DNA of 62,847 nt, filler included, from Stramenopiles sp. TOSAG23-2 (lineage: Eukaryota), in NCBI GenBank assembly GCA_900128395.1. It is 2 parts of 2 records of this genome, joined end to end, with 100 filler letters (N's around TTAATTAATTAA, not from the genome) between each part and the next. Parts side by side here need not be neighbours in the genome. Positions count along the whole stretch, not along the records: positions 1 to 31,396 come from LT649371.1; positions 31,497 to 62,847 come from LT649372.1. One strand, written 5' to 3'. Position numbers and translations under genes: made by a program. Position 1 is the stretch's first letter. Each line of letters opens with the position of its first letter. Below the pieces are notes generated by a model. It made no database searches. It had not been told where the DNA came from and was given only the letters and a program-made list of their open reading frames with translations. Shown here one piece after another: positions 30,032 through 42,612 of this stretch.

Positions 30032-31396
30032 ATGAAAAACTGGATCTTTGTAGTAGTTTTCTTTTTCTTTCTTTTATTAAGATCGGGCAAGACAGCAAAA
30101 CAAATCGTTGCTGGTAGAGAACATACGTGTGTTATTTTAAATGACGATACGGTTAAATGTTGGGGGATGGGATCCGAAGGGCAACTTGGTTATGGTGATA
30201 CAGATGCTCGGGGAGATGGATCGAATGAAATGGGAAACAATTTACCAACAGTTGATTTAGGAACAGGTAAGACAGCAAAACGAATCGCTGCTGGTGATTA
30301 TCATACGTGTGCTATTTTAAATGATGATACGATGAAATGTTGGGGGATGGGATCCGAAGGGCAACTTGGTTATGGTGATACAGATGCTCGGGGGTATCAA
30401 TCCAATCAAATGGGAGACAATTTACCAACAGTTGACTTAGGAACAGGTAAGACAGCACTACAAATCGTTGCTGGTGCTTATACGTGTGTTATTTTAAATG
30501 ACGATACGGTTAAATGTTGGGGTTATGGAGGCAGGGGGAACCTTGGTTATGGCGATACAACTACTCGAGGAGATGGATCGAATGAAATGGGAAACAATTT
30601 ACTAACGGTTGACTTAGGAACAGGTAAGACAGCAAAACAAATAGTTGCTGGTCAATATCATACGTGTGTTATTTTAAATGACGATACGGTGAAATGCTGG
30701 GGTAATGGAGAATTCGGGCAACTTGGTTATGGTGATACAACTAATCGAGGAGATGGATCGAATGAAATGGGAGACAATTTACCAATACTTGATTTAGGAA
30801 CAGGCAAGACAGCAAAACGAATCGTTGCTGGTGCTGATCATACGTGTGTTATTTTAAATGATGATACGGTGAAATGTTGGGGAAGTGGATCCGAAGGGCA
30901 AACTGGTTATGGTGATACAACTAATCGAGGAGATGGATCGAATGAAATGGGAGACAATTTACCAATACTTGATTTAGGAACAGGCAAGACAGCAAAACGA
31001 ATCGTTGCTGGTGATGATCATACGTGTGTTATTTTAAATGATGATACGGTGAAATGTTGGGGAAGTGGATCCGAAGGGCAAACTGGTTATGGTGATACAA
31101 CTAATCGAGGAGACGAACCCAATGAAATGGGGAATAATCTACCAGTTGTTTTAATAGCTTCATGTGTTGCTGGAAAATACTCACCAAATTCACAATACTC
31201 ACCAAATTCACAAACGGCTTGTCAAACTTGTGATGCTGGTAGTGTAACAGATACATTATCCTTATCTGGTGGATCTACATGCACTCCCTGTGTAGCTGGA
31301 AAATACTCACCAAATTCCCAAACGGCATGTCAAAATTGTGATGCTGGTAAATATTCTACTGCTATTGGTGCAACGAGTGATGCGACATGTCAAACT
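30032..31396 (+). CDS. secreted/surface RCC1(BLIP-II)-repeat protein with Cys-rich (GCC2/ephrin-receptor-like) repeats; 3' truncated by contig end
   Basis: Signal-peptide-like MKNWIFVVVFFFFLLL; six ~60-aa repeats (AG..HTCVILNDDTVKCWG.G..GQLGYGD); C..GKYS...C..C.AG repeats. Confidence 0.9.
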
Positions 31397-31496
31397 NNNN
31401 NNNNNNNNNNNNNNNNNNNNNNNNNNNNNNNNNNNNNNNNTTAATTAATTAANNNNNNNNNNNNNNNNNNNNNNNNNNNNNNNNNNNNNNNNNNNN
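31397..31496. other. artificial contig-joining spacer
   Basis: N runs flanking TTAATTAATTAA (31441-31452), which has stops in all six frames. Confidence 0.97.
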
Positions 31497-33941
31497 GATA
31501 TTATGGCGTGTCCTTTTATAAAGTTTTCTCTCTTTCTTTTTATTCACTTCCACACTTATTGACGCTTCCGTAACTGCCCATCGTTTAGATGGTCGTAAAC
31601 GTGATGCACAATGTTCAAATGCTAATATTTTAAATGGCATTTGTACAAAACGTTTATGTAAATTTAAATCATCTGGATCACAAAATCGACCAGGACAAGA
31701 TTTTTCAGTCGATAATGAAGAATTTAATAATTGTTGTATTCCATCATGCACAATTGCCCCGTTCGTTGTTCGTGGACGCCGCCGACTAATGTTTTTACTG
31801 CGTTTCGTCGTTTTTGCTTTTGTTTTTTTATATATATCATTTAATATATCATTTGCTCTTGTATCATCTGTGTATTCTGAATAATCTGTCCTGCTGATCT
31901 CCTCTTTATCGAGATTAAGATCAGCAGGAAGATATTTAATTTTCAAAGATACCAATTTTGCTCTTCGTATATCTTTCGAAATTTTTGAGATAGACCTTTT
32001 CCCTGGTGTTGTAGATGGACGCTTGTTGTTTCCTCGGTATTTACGTCTAAATACTGGAAACACGTTTGTATCAATGCCACCTTTATCAGCTGAAAATGCA
32101 ACAATATTTGTTAACAAATATTTTTTGTTTTTATCATTTGTAATAATAAATTGAAAATCAGCGACTAAATCTTTCAAGACAATATGATTTGTTTGTGTTA
32201 TAGTCTTTTCTAATTCATTCATCATTGGTGTCAATGCTAATTCAACATATGTAGCTTTCTTGCCTATTAATTTATTAATAATAAGTTCATTATTGTTATC
32301 ACTACTAATATTAATAGCATATCCTTTTTCATTTTTTTGTATTGAATTTTTATTTTCAACTACATAATATTGCGGTTGTCGTTTTTTTTTCCACACGGCA
32401 CGAACCATTTTCATCCTGGAATTGGATGCTGATGTAATTGATCTTGTAAATTTTTGTATAACAACTAATGATGGACTGTAAATGGACTTTTTACTTTCTT
32501 CATCGCGATCATAAATTTCTAAAATTGCACCTTTTACATGTGCGTTGTTGTACAGCGGTTCTTTGATAATATTTGTTGTATCTGGATCAACATCATCTTC
32601 ATGATATCTAGATAATATTGCCAATGGAAATAGTTTTTCGTCTTTTACAGATTTATCATGTATTGTTGGATTATCTACGGTAGTTAATCTGGTTACAAAT
32701 GCAGGCATAAAATTTTTGAATTCTTCGTTATTCGTAAATTCTAAACGACGCATGCCTTCATTTGGTGTGTTATATATCCACACCCACGAATCCATTTCTT
32801 TTGAATAAATCAATGTATCTGGCATTTTAATATAATTCCAATTTTCAACACACGATGCCATTGTTCGGTTGGAACGAAAGAAATGTTTATAAAATGGTAT
32901 ACCTGGTTCTAACCTTGGTTTCGTGTCGTTAGTCCCTGTAAATGGCGCTTTATTGTAATCTCTATCATTAAATAAGATCGAATTGATATGAACATTATTC
33001 TTTTTTTTCTTATTTTTTTTAACTGGGTCCTTAATACTATTAAATAATGATGCTGTTGTTGATACCGAACTATTACTACTATTGCTACGGCTTGTACTAC
33101 TACTACGTGCACTATATGGTACGTTTTGTATTTTTTCTAATTTTTTCTTTTTCAAGGATGGTACTATATTTTTAATATTTGTAATATTTTTTTTTATAAT
33201 ATCATTGTTGTTGGTTTTTTTCCCCATATTATCATTATTTAAATTTAGAAAATCATTCATGTTTGATAAGTATGTATCGTTTTCATTGTTATTTCTTGTA
33301 TTAATATTATTATTATTATTACTACCATAACTACTGAATCTAGCAGTTTTGCTACCAAAGGTACCCATGTGTATATTATTCTTGCCACGTTTTTCTTGCC
33401 ATCTTTGCTCTTCCATTTTTTGAATATATATTTTATTTTTTTTAATCATATTCACTGGTGTTTTTTTACTAGTACGTCGTCGTTTATCCCATTTTGAATC
33501 ATCCAAGGATAACATTTTCAACTCTTGTTGTAACTTCAAACCTTTTGTTGGACTAGATAATGTATTTTCTAAATTCAAATCGTCATCATACGTATTCACA
33601 TGCTCAATTTCATCTTTATTATTTCTCTTCGTCTTAAGACGATGAAGGCGATCTCCAACTGGAGTCAAAGGATAACCTAATTCTTTTTTACGTTTTGTAT
33701 TTAAATCGTTTAAATCACGTTTTAAATTAACTACATCATTTCCCAAGTTCTTTAATAATTTACGTGCTCTAGAACGGTAATTTAAACCACCACCGACATG
33801 AAAACCTTCAGCTTGTTCTAATTTATCGGACAATTTCATAGCAGCTTTATTTCGAGCTTTTGTATTTCTTGCGCATAATATCTCTTTTCTTGCTTTTTTT
33901 AAAGATAAATTTGAATTATCTTCCAGTATTTTAAATTTCAT
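31497..33941 (-). CDS. hypothetical Lys/Asn-rich protein, 3' truncated and probably chimeric at the contig start
   Basis: More than 810 open codons from ATG 33941; globular middle region (PDTLIY..WVWIY, VVIQKF..VRAVW) and CPGRFC near the end; no family confidently recognised. Confidence 0.75.
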
Positions 33942-34536
33942 TTTGGATTTTAATGTGGGGGGTATTTGTATTTAATTCTTTTTTTTTAAATATGTTTTAT
34001 AATGAATATTTTGATGAATCTATATGTTTTAGCATATATATATATATTAGTTGTTTCTTTTATATGAATGTATGTGTTTCTGTCTCTGTATATCTATATA
34101 CATGTTTACCCGTTGCAGTTTGTCTTGTTTGGATGTATTTTTTACTAACGTCTTTCGCGTCGCGATTTCACAAATCTCGATCTACTGCTGTGTTGCTGTT
34201 ACGTCGATGTTAGTGGTGCTATGTCTATGCTAATTGGATTGTGTTTATGATGTGTTTTGTGATTTGTTGTTGACTGACAGTTATAGACGTTGCCCAAAAT
34301 TGAAATTATATATATTATTGATTATCTCTCAGATGGGAAAACATATCTACATACATGTATATGGTAGATCACACATGGAATAAATAACAAGTATATAGAT
34401 ATCACTGGTCAATATTTCATTAAACTTTAAATTATCGTGGTAGGAGCAAAGAAAAATATTTGTAAAGCTTTTTATTTATTTATTTATTTTTTTCATTCAG
34501 AATAATTAGTAATAATAATTTAACATAAAAAAGAAG

Positions 34537-36186
34537 ATGAACTTTTCACAAGAGGAACGTGCAGGGAAAGCAGGTCATAATGGATTTCGTGTTATGAATC
34601 CACCAGGTGGTAAATCAAATTGGTCACCATATACACAATTTCAAGAAACACCATCATTACGTGATAATCGACCAACAAATTTCAGCCATCAAGGACAACA
34701 ACAGTAAGTAATTAATCAATAAAATATATATATTATATATATATATATATAGCTAACAATATTATTGTACTACTCACGTCAAATATATATATATTATATT
34801 TATGTATATTTAAATAATAGAATGAATAGTCAACAATGGAATCAACAATTACAATATCAACAATCGAGATTAGGCGAAGGTGGTATACCACATCCGCGAA
34901 GTGTTACATTGAGTGGAAGGGATGACTTTATGGGTGGTGGTATGCAACAACAACAACCATCTAATCAAATTAATGCTATGGGAGGAGGCCATGGTCCTAT
35001 GAATCCAAAAAATGAATATGGGACATCAATGGAAAAACGACAAGGTTCTGGTCGTAGTTATGGTGGGGGTTCCTCGCAATTTAATCCATTTTCACACGAT
35101 GGGCAAGGAAAATATGATAATCCATATAAAAAGCCACAAGAAAATAATGGTATCTCACGTACTGTTGTTGGTGTTGCTAGTGATTTATCATTTTTACCTG
35201 GTGCAAACAAAAATCAAAATAATAATCAACAATATAATAATAATAGTAATAATAATAATAATAGTAATAACACAATTGATACGGCACGTAATAATGCACC
35301 AAGAAGTTGGAAAGAAAATCAAGCTAGAGCACGAGGTAGTAATATATTTTCAAATTCTGCTGCAATGAATAATCAACAAACTACTGCTCGACAAGATCCA
35401 GTATGGCAAGAAAATGCACGTGGTCGTAAATCAACACGTAATTCACATTTCAAAGCTATGGATTATAATAATAATAGTAGTAGTGAAAATGTGAATAATA
35501 ATAATAATAATATGATGTATGGTGGTGGAATGCAACAACAGCAACAACAACAACAATATTCGATGCCACCACAGCAACAACAACAAACTGCGGTTGATTA
35601 TGCATATCAACAAATGCAACAATTTGAAGGTATGAATCAAGCACAACAACAACAACCGCCACCATCCATGGTCCAACAACAACAACAAGCACCACCACAA
35701 CGTAGACGTGTAGCACCAAAAGTTATAATTACTGGTTCATCTCGAGCACGTAGTAAAGGTTTTACAAATGTTGGAAGTATGAATATACCATCACATCAAC
35801 GTCCAACACCATCATTTAATAATAATAACAATATGAATGCAAATAATAATTATAATAGTAATGCTAATTTTAATAATAATGGTGGTACTACGTCTTCATC
35901 TGGTAATGGAGCGAAGTCTAGACGGGATGAAGTTTGGGAACAAAAAAAGCAAGAACGAATGAGACGTAAACAACAAGGTGGTGGTGGTGGAAATGGAAAT
36001 GGTATGGCAAGTAATTTCCAACACCAACAACGGCCAGGACCAATACAGCCTCCATCTCAACAAGTACAACAAGGTGGATATGTTCCATCATTTGGAATAG
36101 AAGGTAGACGTGGTAATAATGGTATCTCAAATATGAGTGCACAACAATATGCTACTAGTCCTAAAAGTGGTAAAGGTATTTGGTAA
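34537..36186 (+). CDS. Gln/Asn/Gly-rich disordered protein with N-terminal RVMNPPGGKS motif (two exons: 34537-34703 and 34821-36186)
   Basis: Exon 1 is absent from the ORF track; CA|GTAAGT donor at 34704 and TAG|A acceptor at 34820 join in frame (CA+A = Gln, then MNSQ). Confidence 0.8.
34704..34820 (+). other. 117-nt spliceosomal intron
   Basis: GTAAGT...TAG, (TA)n-rich, branch-like GCTAAC at 34752. Confidence 0.85.
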
Positions 36187-36592
36187 AAAAAAAGCAATAT
36201 AAGATATGTACAGAGTAAATCATATTGAATATGCATATATTATGATGTGTGATAAGTGATAAGGTGCTAATAAAGGAAGTGAATAAAAAGAAAGAGAGAA
36301 AACTTTATAAAAGGACACGCCATAATATCATACACGAATATTGTGGTGTACGAATTCGTGCACATTATGCAAAAATCATTTATGACATATACGATACAAT
36401 ACTATTTACTAAAATATAAAAACATGTGATTTTAACCAACTTGATCTCTCCTCTTAACTCTTGACAACTTCCCCTTTTCCCGAACTCTTTTTTTACTTTT
36501 CTCCGTCTCCAATTGTTTAATGCCAATTTATGATATCATATATCATTTCTTATATGTACGCTATAAATGTATATATATATATATATATATAC

Positions 36593-37105
36593 TTATGCTG
36601 TGCTCATAACCAATGCGATAATCAAACCATACAATGCAATTGCTTCAGAGAAAATCATAATTAATATTAAACCTACGTATAATTTTTCTTGTCTACCAGA
36701 TGATCGTACACCAATATCACCAGTAATGCCTATTGCAATACCACTACCTAAACCACTTAAACCTGATGATAAACCAGCAGCTAAATGTTTAAATCCATCT
36801 TTAGCTGTATATCCTTCTTTTGGTGTTTTAATACCATTTAACAATATAACAGCAACAATTAAACCATATATACCAATAACACCAGACATAATAACAGGTA
36901 TAATATTTTTCATGACTTGAGATGGCGCCATTACACCCATTCCACTCAAACCAATACCAGTCTTTGCAGTACCATAGGCGGCTCCAATATTGCAAAATAT
37001 TAATGCACAAGCAACTCCTAAAAAGCCAAAAAATGCTGGATAATATGTTTCTGGCCCATATGCAGCCGCTTCACTTAAATCTAATAATGGTGCAAACGAT
37101 GTCAT
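36593..37105 (-). CDS. ATP6V0C: V-type H+-ATPase 16-kDa proteolipid subunit c
   Basis: FFGFLG...GAAYGTAK.G.G, MKNIIPVIMSG..GIYGL, GD.GVR and the catalytic Glu in FSEAIALYGLIIA. Confidence 0.96.
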   Translation of the reverse strand: MTSFAPLLDLSEAAAYGPETYYPAFFGFLGVACALIFCNIGAAYGTAKTGIGLSGMGVMAPSQVMKNIIPVIMSGVIGIYGLIVAVILLNGIKTPKEGYTAKDGFKHLAAGLSSGLSGLGSGIAIGITGDIGVRSSGRQEKLYVGLILIMIFSEAIALYGLIIALVMSTA

Positions 37106-37653
37106 ATTTTTTGCAACTCTTATGTCAAATGTTCAAATGTTGAAATATACCAATATGACGATTTATATCCTGTATATTTCTGTGTAATACATATTAGGAT
37201 GTATTACAAAGAAATATATATATGTATTTCTATCCTCTACATCATGATATTTATTCGATTTATTCATCTTGAAAGGATTGCTTGATGATGGGTGCTAGTG
37301 CTGTGCTGTGCTGCTGTCCTGGCGGTGTGATGCTGTGCTATTTGCTATCTGGCTATTGTGGGCTCGATCCTCTCGATCTTTATCCTCAAGATATCAATAT
37401 AGAAATAGCATTATTAATAGGCATTTCTGTCATGAATACAGTACATATAATATTGTACTACTTCTTCTCACCAGTACTATCTACCTGTTAAAACAGCGAA
37501 GACCTTCAAAACTAACACCATCTCTGGCATAGTTAAAAAAGTGGGGGATTCCATATATATATATATATATTGATCATATTGCAAACACGTTGAACAGATC
37601 ATCGTACAAATGATCAACATCAGGGACAATATAATAGTAAGAATAACACAACG

Positions 37654-38748
37654 ATGAATAGTAAAATAGCAACAAGTGTTTTAGTAATAGCATTAGCCAT
37701 ATGCACTGCGACCGCTAGTAACATACGTGGTAGTAGTACAGATAATAGTTTCTTGGAAGTATCAACGGCATTAACTTTACAACATGCAATAGATAATAAT
37801 TTGGAAGGAACAAAAATGGAAAGTAGTATGTCTTGCAAATGGTTTTTCAGCTGCTCACATTGTGCTACCGTTTCAAACTGTGGATGGTGCAACGATTGTG
37901 GCAAATGTGTTGAAGGTGGTGCAACTGGACCAGCGGAGACAAACTGTTTGTCATGGGATTATAAGGAATGTAGTGGAAAGACAGGTTTTGAGGAAGAAAT
38001 GAAACTATCCAATAAAGATGAATTAAAACGCCGTGATGAAATGGTCAATGAATGGAAGTTGGAACGTGCTGCATATGTCTTAGCAAAATCAAACGTAGCA
38101 AGGTTAGATGCTGTTCTTAAACGCGCCATGCAATCTGGTCAAGCAGGCGATGGCGAAGCAAAAGCATCAACACAAAATTTATTACCAGCAGAAACCAATG
38201 TTAAAAGTGCAAAGGGTGATTGTACTTCGTTAACAAAGTTACAAACATTAGCAAAGGCAACGTATGACAACGATCAAAAAGCATTAGAAGCAAATGAGAA
38301 AGAGTTAGCTGATATTGCAAAGAAAATTGGTGAATCAACAGATGATGATGAAAGCCAGAAATTAAAGGATACGAAAGATGCATTGGAAAAGACAAATAAG
38401 TCCTTTAAAAATGCTAGGGATAGCTCAAGAACAAAACTTGAACAAGCAAAAACAGATGCTACTTTAAAATGTCAAAAAGCTGATGTAGCTGAAGGTAAAT
38501 TAAAAGCTGTTATCAAAGCAGCTGATGGTGCAAAAGCAGAAAGTAAATCAAGAAATGATTTATTAAAAATGCAGCGATTAATGTTAGCAGCTGCACAAGC
38601 TGAAATGAAACGTGCTACCGCAAGTGCATATAAATGGAGTGTTAAAATTAAAGAGCTTACTGCAAAATTATCAAAAATTAGAGAGATGAAACAGGCAAAT
38701 AGTAAACATTGTACAGCTAAAAAGAAGGAACCAAAGTTTATGATGTAA
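37654..38748 (+). CDS. secreted protein with PSI-like Cys-rich domain and long coiled coil
   Basis: Signal peptide; C...SC..C....CGWC..C.KC..G...GP....C..W....C; Ala/Lys/Glu heptad tail. Confidence 0.8.
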   Translation: MNSKIATSVLVIALAICTATASNIRGSSTDNSFLEVSTALTLQHAIDNNLEGTKMESSMSCKWFFSCSHCATVSNCGWCNDCGKCVEGGATGPAETNCLSWDYKECSGKTGFEEEMKLSNKDELKRRDEMVNEWKLERAAYVLAKSNVARLDAVLKRAMQSGQAGDGEAKASTQNLLPAETNVKSAKGDCTSLTKLQTLAKATYDNDQKALEANEKELADIAKKIGESTDDDESQKLKDTKDALEKTNKSFKNARDSSRTKLEQAKTDATLKCQKADVAEGKLKAVIKAADGAKAESKSRNDLLKMQRLMLAAAQAEMKRATASAYKWSVKIKELTAKLSKIREMKQANSKHCTAKKKEPKFMM

Positions 38749-38958
38749 AAAGTGTTTGAGTGTGTCCGAGCGCAACAAACGTTTTTTTGTGTTAAAATTA
38801 ATCTTTTAATTTATACGTACCGTACATTTATTATATTTTTAATTTAAAATTTTATATTTTATACACATATATATGTATGTACACAAATATCGTGCAAGCA
38901 TTACCCGTATATGCATATTATATATTACACCTCTTCAATTTTACACCACACACGGATT

Positions 38959-41900
38959 CTACCACGGCTCGCCATAAATGATTTGTCCTTGTTTTTTTAA
39001 TGAAGAATTACCACCATCTATCATAATATTATTATCATTAGTTGCATTACCTTCTATATCGCCATATACAGATTTACTCCATGGTTCTGCAGTTGGTACA
39101 AATGCTGGTTTATTTGGTGGAAGTTGATAAACAGGTGGACGTTTCGTAGTTTTTCGACCATTTCGTTTCCAACGCTTTTTAGTAATAGCAACTTTACGTG
39201 ATGCAGATTTCTTATTTACATCAACTACAGTAATTGCTTGTGGCGATTGTTCATTATAATCCTCCTGTATTTCTCCTTCGGTAGTGGTACTTTGTTTCAC
39301 ATTTTGTATACCAATACTTCCAGGGGTTGCTTTTCTTCCAATTGCAGAGGAATTTGATGCTATTTTTAATCCACTTATGGTATTATTATTATTATTATTG
39401 ATTAAACTACGTCCTGGACGGTTGTTACTTCCAGACATACCACCATACATGGTGAGTTTGTTAATATTATTTTTTGTATTATTACGACGACGTAATGCAT
39501 TATTGCCTACTGGAGGCCTTGGATAATTTTTTGGTAAATGTTTTGGAAATGGTACTTGCATTTTTTTAGCTCTTGATTTTTTTATACGTTTCAATGCTTT
39601 CATTAAGTCTTTATCATCGTTTAAACGTGGAATTGTTGGCAATGAGGATTGAGCAATGGCTTTCGCTTCGTCGTCCTCGTTTTCTTCTTCGTCTAAAATA
39701 TAACTAAATTGGTTATTTAACATCGATTTTCGTCCTGTTGGTTTTTTAATTTTCTTCTCAAAGTCTTCTGGCGGAAGTATATGTTTCCACATGCTTGTTG
39801 CATCCATCTCTTTAAAAGAATCATCAATAGAGCTACTCATACTGTCACTTAAACTTAATTCTACTGGTGGTATTAAACCATCCTCCAATGCATTTGTTTG
39901 TTTTGCCAAACCAAATTTATGTAAAATTTTCCATAAACGATATGCTTTTGCCTTGATTAAAAATACATCACGCTTTTCACCAACTAATAAATTCCCTTCA
40001 TTCCCAGTAAATGATATTGCACGAATAGGTGTTGTAAATGGAATTTCTGTTAACAAGACCAATGTATTCGAAGTCCATAATTTTATCGTACAATCTAAAC
40101 TACCAGTAGCTACAATGTTAAACCGATCTAAAAACGAAGCAATTGTGACTGGCGCTTTGTGCTGTATTATATCATTTTTCTCTTGATCACGAGCTCTAAT
40201 ATTACTTTTGACATTTAAAATATCAAAATAGCCAGTAGATAATCCTATTAAAGCAAGCGGTTCAATTTGTGATAGATGAAAACATGTTATCGCATTTGGA
40301 ACGACTTCATCTTCTGTTAAATTAATTTGCATTAATGTTCGTTCCTGTCTTACAGATACTACAATTAAAAATTCATCTTTAACCATACATAGTAATAATG
40401 ATCTTGATGTATCTACGTATACTTGTGTTATAGGATCTTTATGTGCAATAAAATGAGTATATATTTCTCCATTTCCATTGACATCATAAAATACTAAATG
40501 CCCTTTACTCGTGCCAGCAACAAGAAATGTTTTTTTGGGCAATGTTGCATCCATATCGTTATCCTCATTACTATTGCTGTTATTACTATTTGGAGGATCA
40601 ATGCTTGAAGCTTCATTACCATTTTCAATTTCAAGTGCTGGTCCATGATATTCATGTTGTGTTTCACACGGAACAACATTGCAAATAGCAATACAACTAA
40701 TTAAATCTCCATGGTCCATAATATCTCCACCCCATCGACCACTTAATTTTGCTGTAGAAGTTTTTTTCCCATTGTACGTGAATATTTTGCCATTCTCTAA
40801 TAGGCCAAAATAATGATTTTCTGAATCATTGTCATTATATAACAATGTTTTCATCAATGTTACGGCGTCATCTGGTAACAATGTATTCATCGTCTCTCCA
40901 TCATGAACTCTTAATAGACGTGCACTTTTATCATGGCAACGAACAAATATACAATTTGAATATGGTATAATCGAAGATGGTGCAGACCGTACAACACTGA
41001 ATAAATTAGTCAATTCATGATGATTCCATACCACTACTGTATTACCTATTACAGTTATAAGTGGGCTAATTGGCTTATTATTATATGCAGGTTGCGTATG
41101 TGCGTAAAAACACCCACACACCGGCTCTTGTGTCTCCATACTATATTCTTCTTTCAATGTTAATAAACTCCATACACGTATTGTGCAATCCATGCCAGAA
41201 CTAACTAATAATCCAAATGTTGGATGTGGTACTAAACCACTTATTGGCTTTGCATGTCCAGACAATACTTTAACTACCGAATAATCATTTCGTGTATTCC
41301 ATATTTTTAATTCTAAATCCAATGACGATGTTATTAAATAACCTAATTTTTCATTACGGACAACACCAGTTATACTATGTTCATGTAAATTTTTTAAATC
41401 AGCTAATTTCGTTATCACATGAGGTACAAAGTTCACAACGTATTTTAACCCATTGACCGGCTTGCCGCTATTTAAATCATTCCATGCACGAAATTGTGAT
41501 TCTGTTATTTGATATTGTGTTAAGACATCTTGCAATGTTTCTTCCTCTTCTTCCTCCTCCTCATCATCAACATCTTTGACATGATTATTATTATTGCCAT
41601 ATTGTTTACTATTACCTTTACGCTCATTAAATATATGATATTTATAACGTGTACTTTTATCATGATTAGGTTCTAAATTATATATTAACATATTATTTTC
41701 ATAACTACAATGTACACGACGACTTTTTAATAATTCATCAATTGGACTAGTAGTAACAGGACCAAAATCAACACGTTGTACCCATTTTCCTTCAGAGCCT
41801 GGCAACATTTCTAACCAATCCAAAGCATATAACTTATCTTTCGACGCACGTTTAAATCGACTTCCACGAAAATTCCATATATGTGCACCACGTACACTAC

Positions 41901-42264
41901 CAGTAACAACCGTGTCTGTATTTAAATCATATATTATGGACGTTAACGCTCTTTCCTCAATTGTTATATCTGGTATATCTTTCGATACATTTACTTTTTC
42001 TAAATTATGATTATATACTTTGATACTCATATCCATTGCTGCTGCTAAATAACATTGCCTTGTTTCGAGATATATAATTGCTTGTATAAAGTTATCTTTT
42101 TTAAACCGTATTGCTTTATGCTCCCGTTTTAAATCCCACATACGTAACCCTTTCATATCCAAAGAAACGAATTTTTTCGTTTGTCGATTATAAACTACTT
42201 GTTTAATTGCTGCTCGATGTTTTTCAAAGGAATGTACATATTGAAACCCATGAGCAACTTCCAT
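38959..42264 (-). CDS. WD40 repeat protein (WDR87/WDR97-like architecture)
   Basis: Multiple WD repeats (H..SIT...LITSSLD..LKIWN; GH.KPISGL...LVSSGMDCTIRVWS; ATGSLDCTIKLW) and a disordered basic tail. Confidence 0.9.
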   Translation of the reverse strand: MEVAHGFQYVHSFEKHRAAIKQVVYNRQTKKFVSLDMKGLRMWDLKREHKAIRFKKDNFIQAIIYLETRQCYLAAAMDMSIKVYNHNLEKVNVSKDIPDITIEERALTSIIYDLNTDTVVTGSVRGAHIWNFRGSRFKRASKDKLYALDWLEMLPGSEGKWVQRVDFGPVTTSPIDELLKSRRVHCSYENNMLIYNLEPNHDKSTRYKYHIFNERKGNSKQYGNNNNHVKDVDDEEEEEEEETLQDVLTQYQITESQFRAWNDLNSGKPVNGLKYVVNFVPHVITKLADLKNLHEHSITGVVRNEKLGYLITSSLDLELKIWNTRNDYSVVKVLSGHAKPISGLVPHPTFGLLVSSGMDCTIRVWSLLTLKEEYSMETQEPVCGCFYAHTQPAYNNKPISPLITVIGNTVVVWNHHELTNLFSVVRSAPSSIIPYSNCIFVRCHDKSARLLRVHDGETMNTLLPDDAVTLMKTLLYNDNDSENHYFGLLENGKIFTYNGKKTSTAKLSGRWGGDIMDHGDLISCIAICNVVPCETQHEYHGPALEIENGNEASSIDPPNSNNSNSNEDNDMDATLPKKTFLVAGTSKGHLVFYDVNGNGEIYTHFIAHKDPITQVYVDTSRSLLLCMVKDEFLIVVSVRQERTLMQINLTEDEVVPNAITCFHLSQIEPLALIGLSTGYFDILNVKSNIRARDQEKNDIIQHKAPVTIASFLDRFNIVATGSLDCTIKLWTSNTLVLLTEIPFTTPIRAISFTGNEGNLLVGEKRDVFLIKAKAYRLWKILHKFGLAKQTNALEDGLIPPVELSLSDSMSSSIDDSFKEMDATSMWKHILPPEDFEKKIKKPTGRKSMLNNQFSYILDEEENEDDEAKAIAQSSLPTIPRLNDDKDLMKALKRIKKSRAKKMQVPFPKHLPKNYPRPPVGNNALRRRNNTKNNINKLTMYGGMSGSNNRPGRSLINNNNNNTISGLKIASNSSAIGRKATPGSIGIQNVKQSTTTEGEIQEDYNEQSPQAITVVDVNKKSASRKVAITKKRWKRNGRKTTKRPPVYQLPPNKPAFVPTAEPWSKSVYGDIEGNATNDNNIMIDGGNSSLKKQGQIIYGEPW

Positions 42265-42612
42265 CGTTGTTTAGGTGGTGTTTTTAATATTGCAAACAGA
42301 GGTGGGGTGGGAATAGATATATGTGAGGAGGGATAAATGGAGGAGTGGGTTGTATGTGTGTGTATTTGTATGAATGAAGGAATGTGAATACTTCCGTATG
42401 CACGTATAACTGCCGCTTTTTTACTTATCGTATTATAGCTCGTAGTACACGACGCACGACGACGCACAATACTATGCTGTGTGCTGTGTAATGTAGCAAA
42501 ACCCTACTCACTACACTAAAAAATAAAAATGTACACATTTGGAACTTTTTTTTAATTGGTCCACTTTTTTCTTTACATGAAAATCTTTGCAACTACATCA
42601 TACCTCTCTTAC

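Noticed and set aside
31441-31452. TTAATTAATTAA palindrome
   Set aside because: It sits between N runs and is a synthetic six-frame-stop linker, not biological sequence.
29981-33941. Apparent convergent pair of ORFs ending in X runs
   Set aside because: They belong to different contigs; the X runs and the stops come from the linker.
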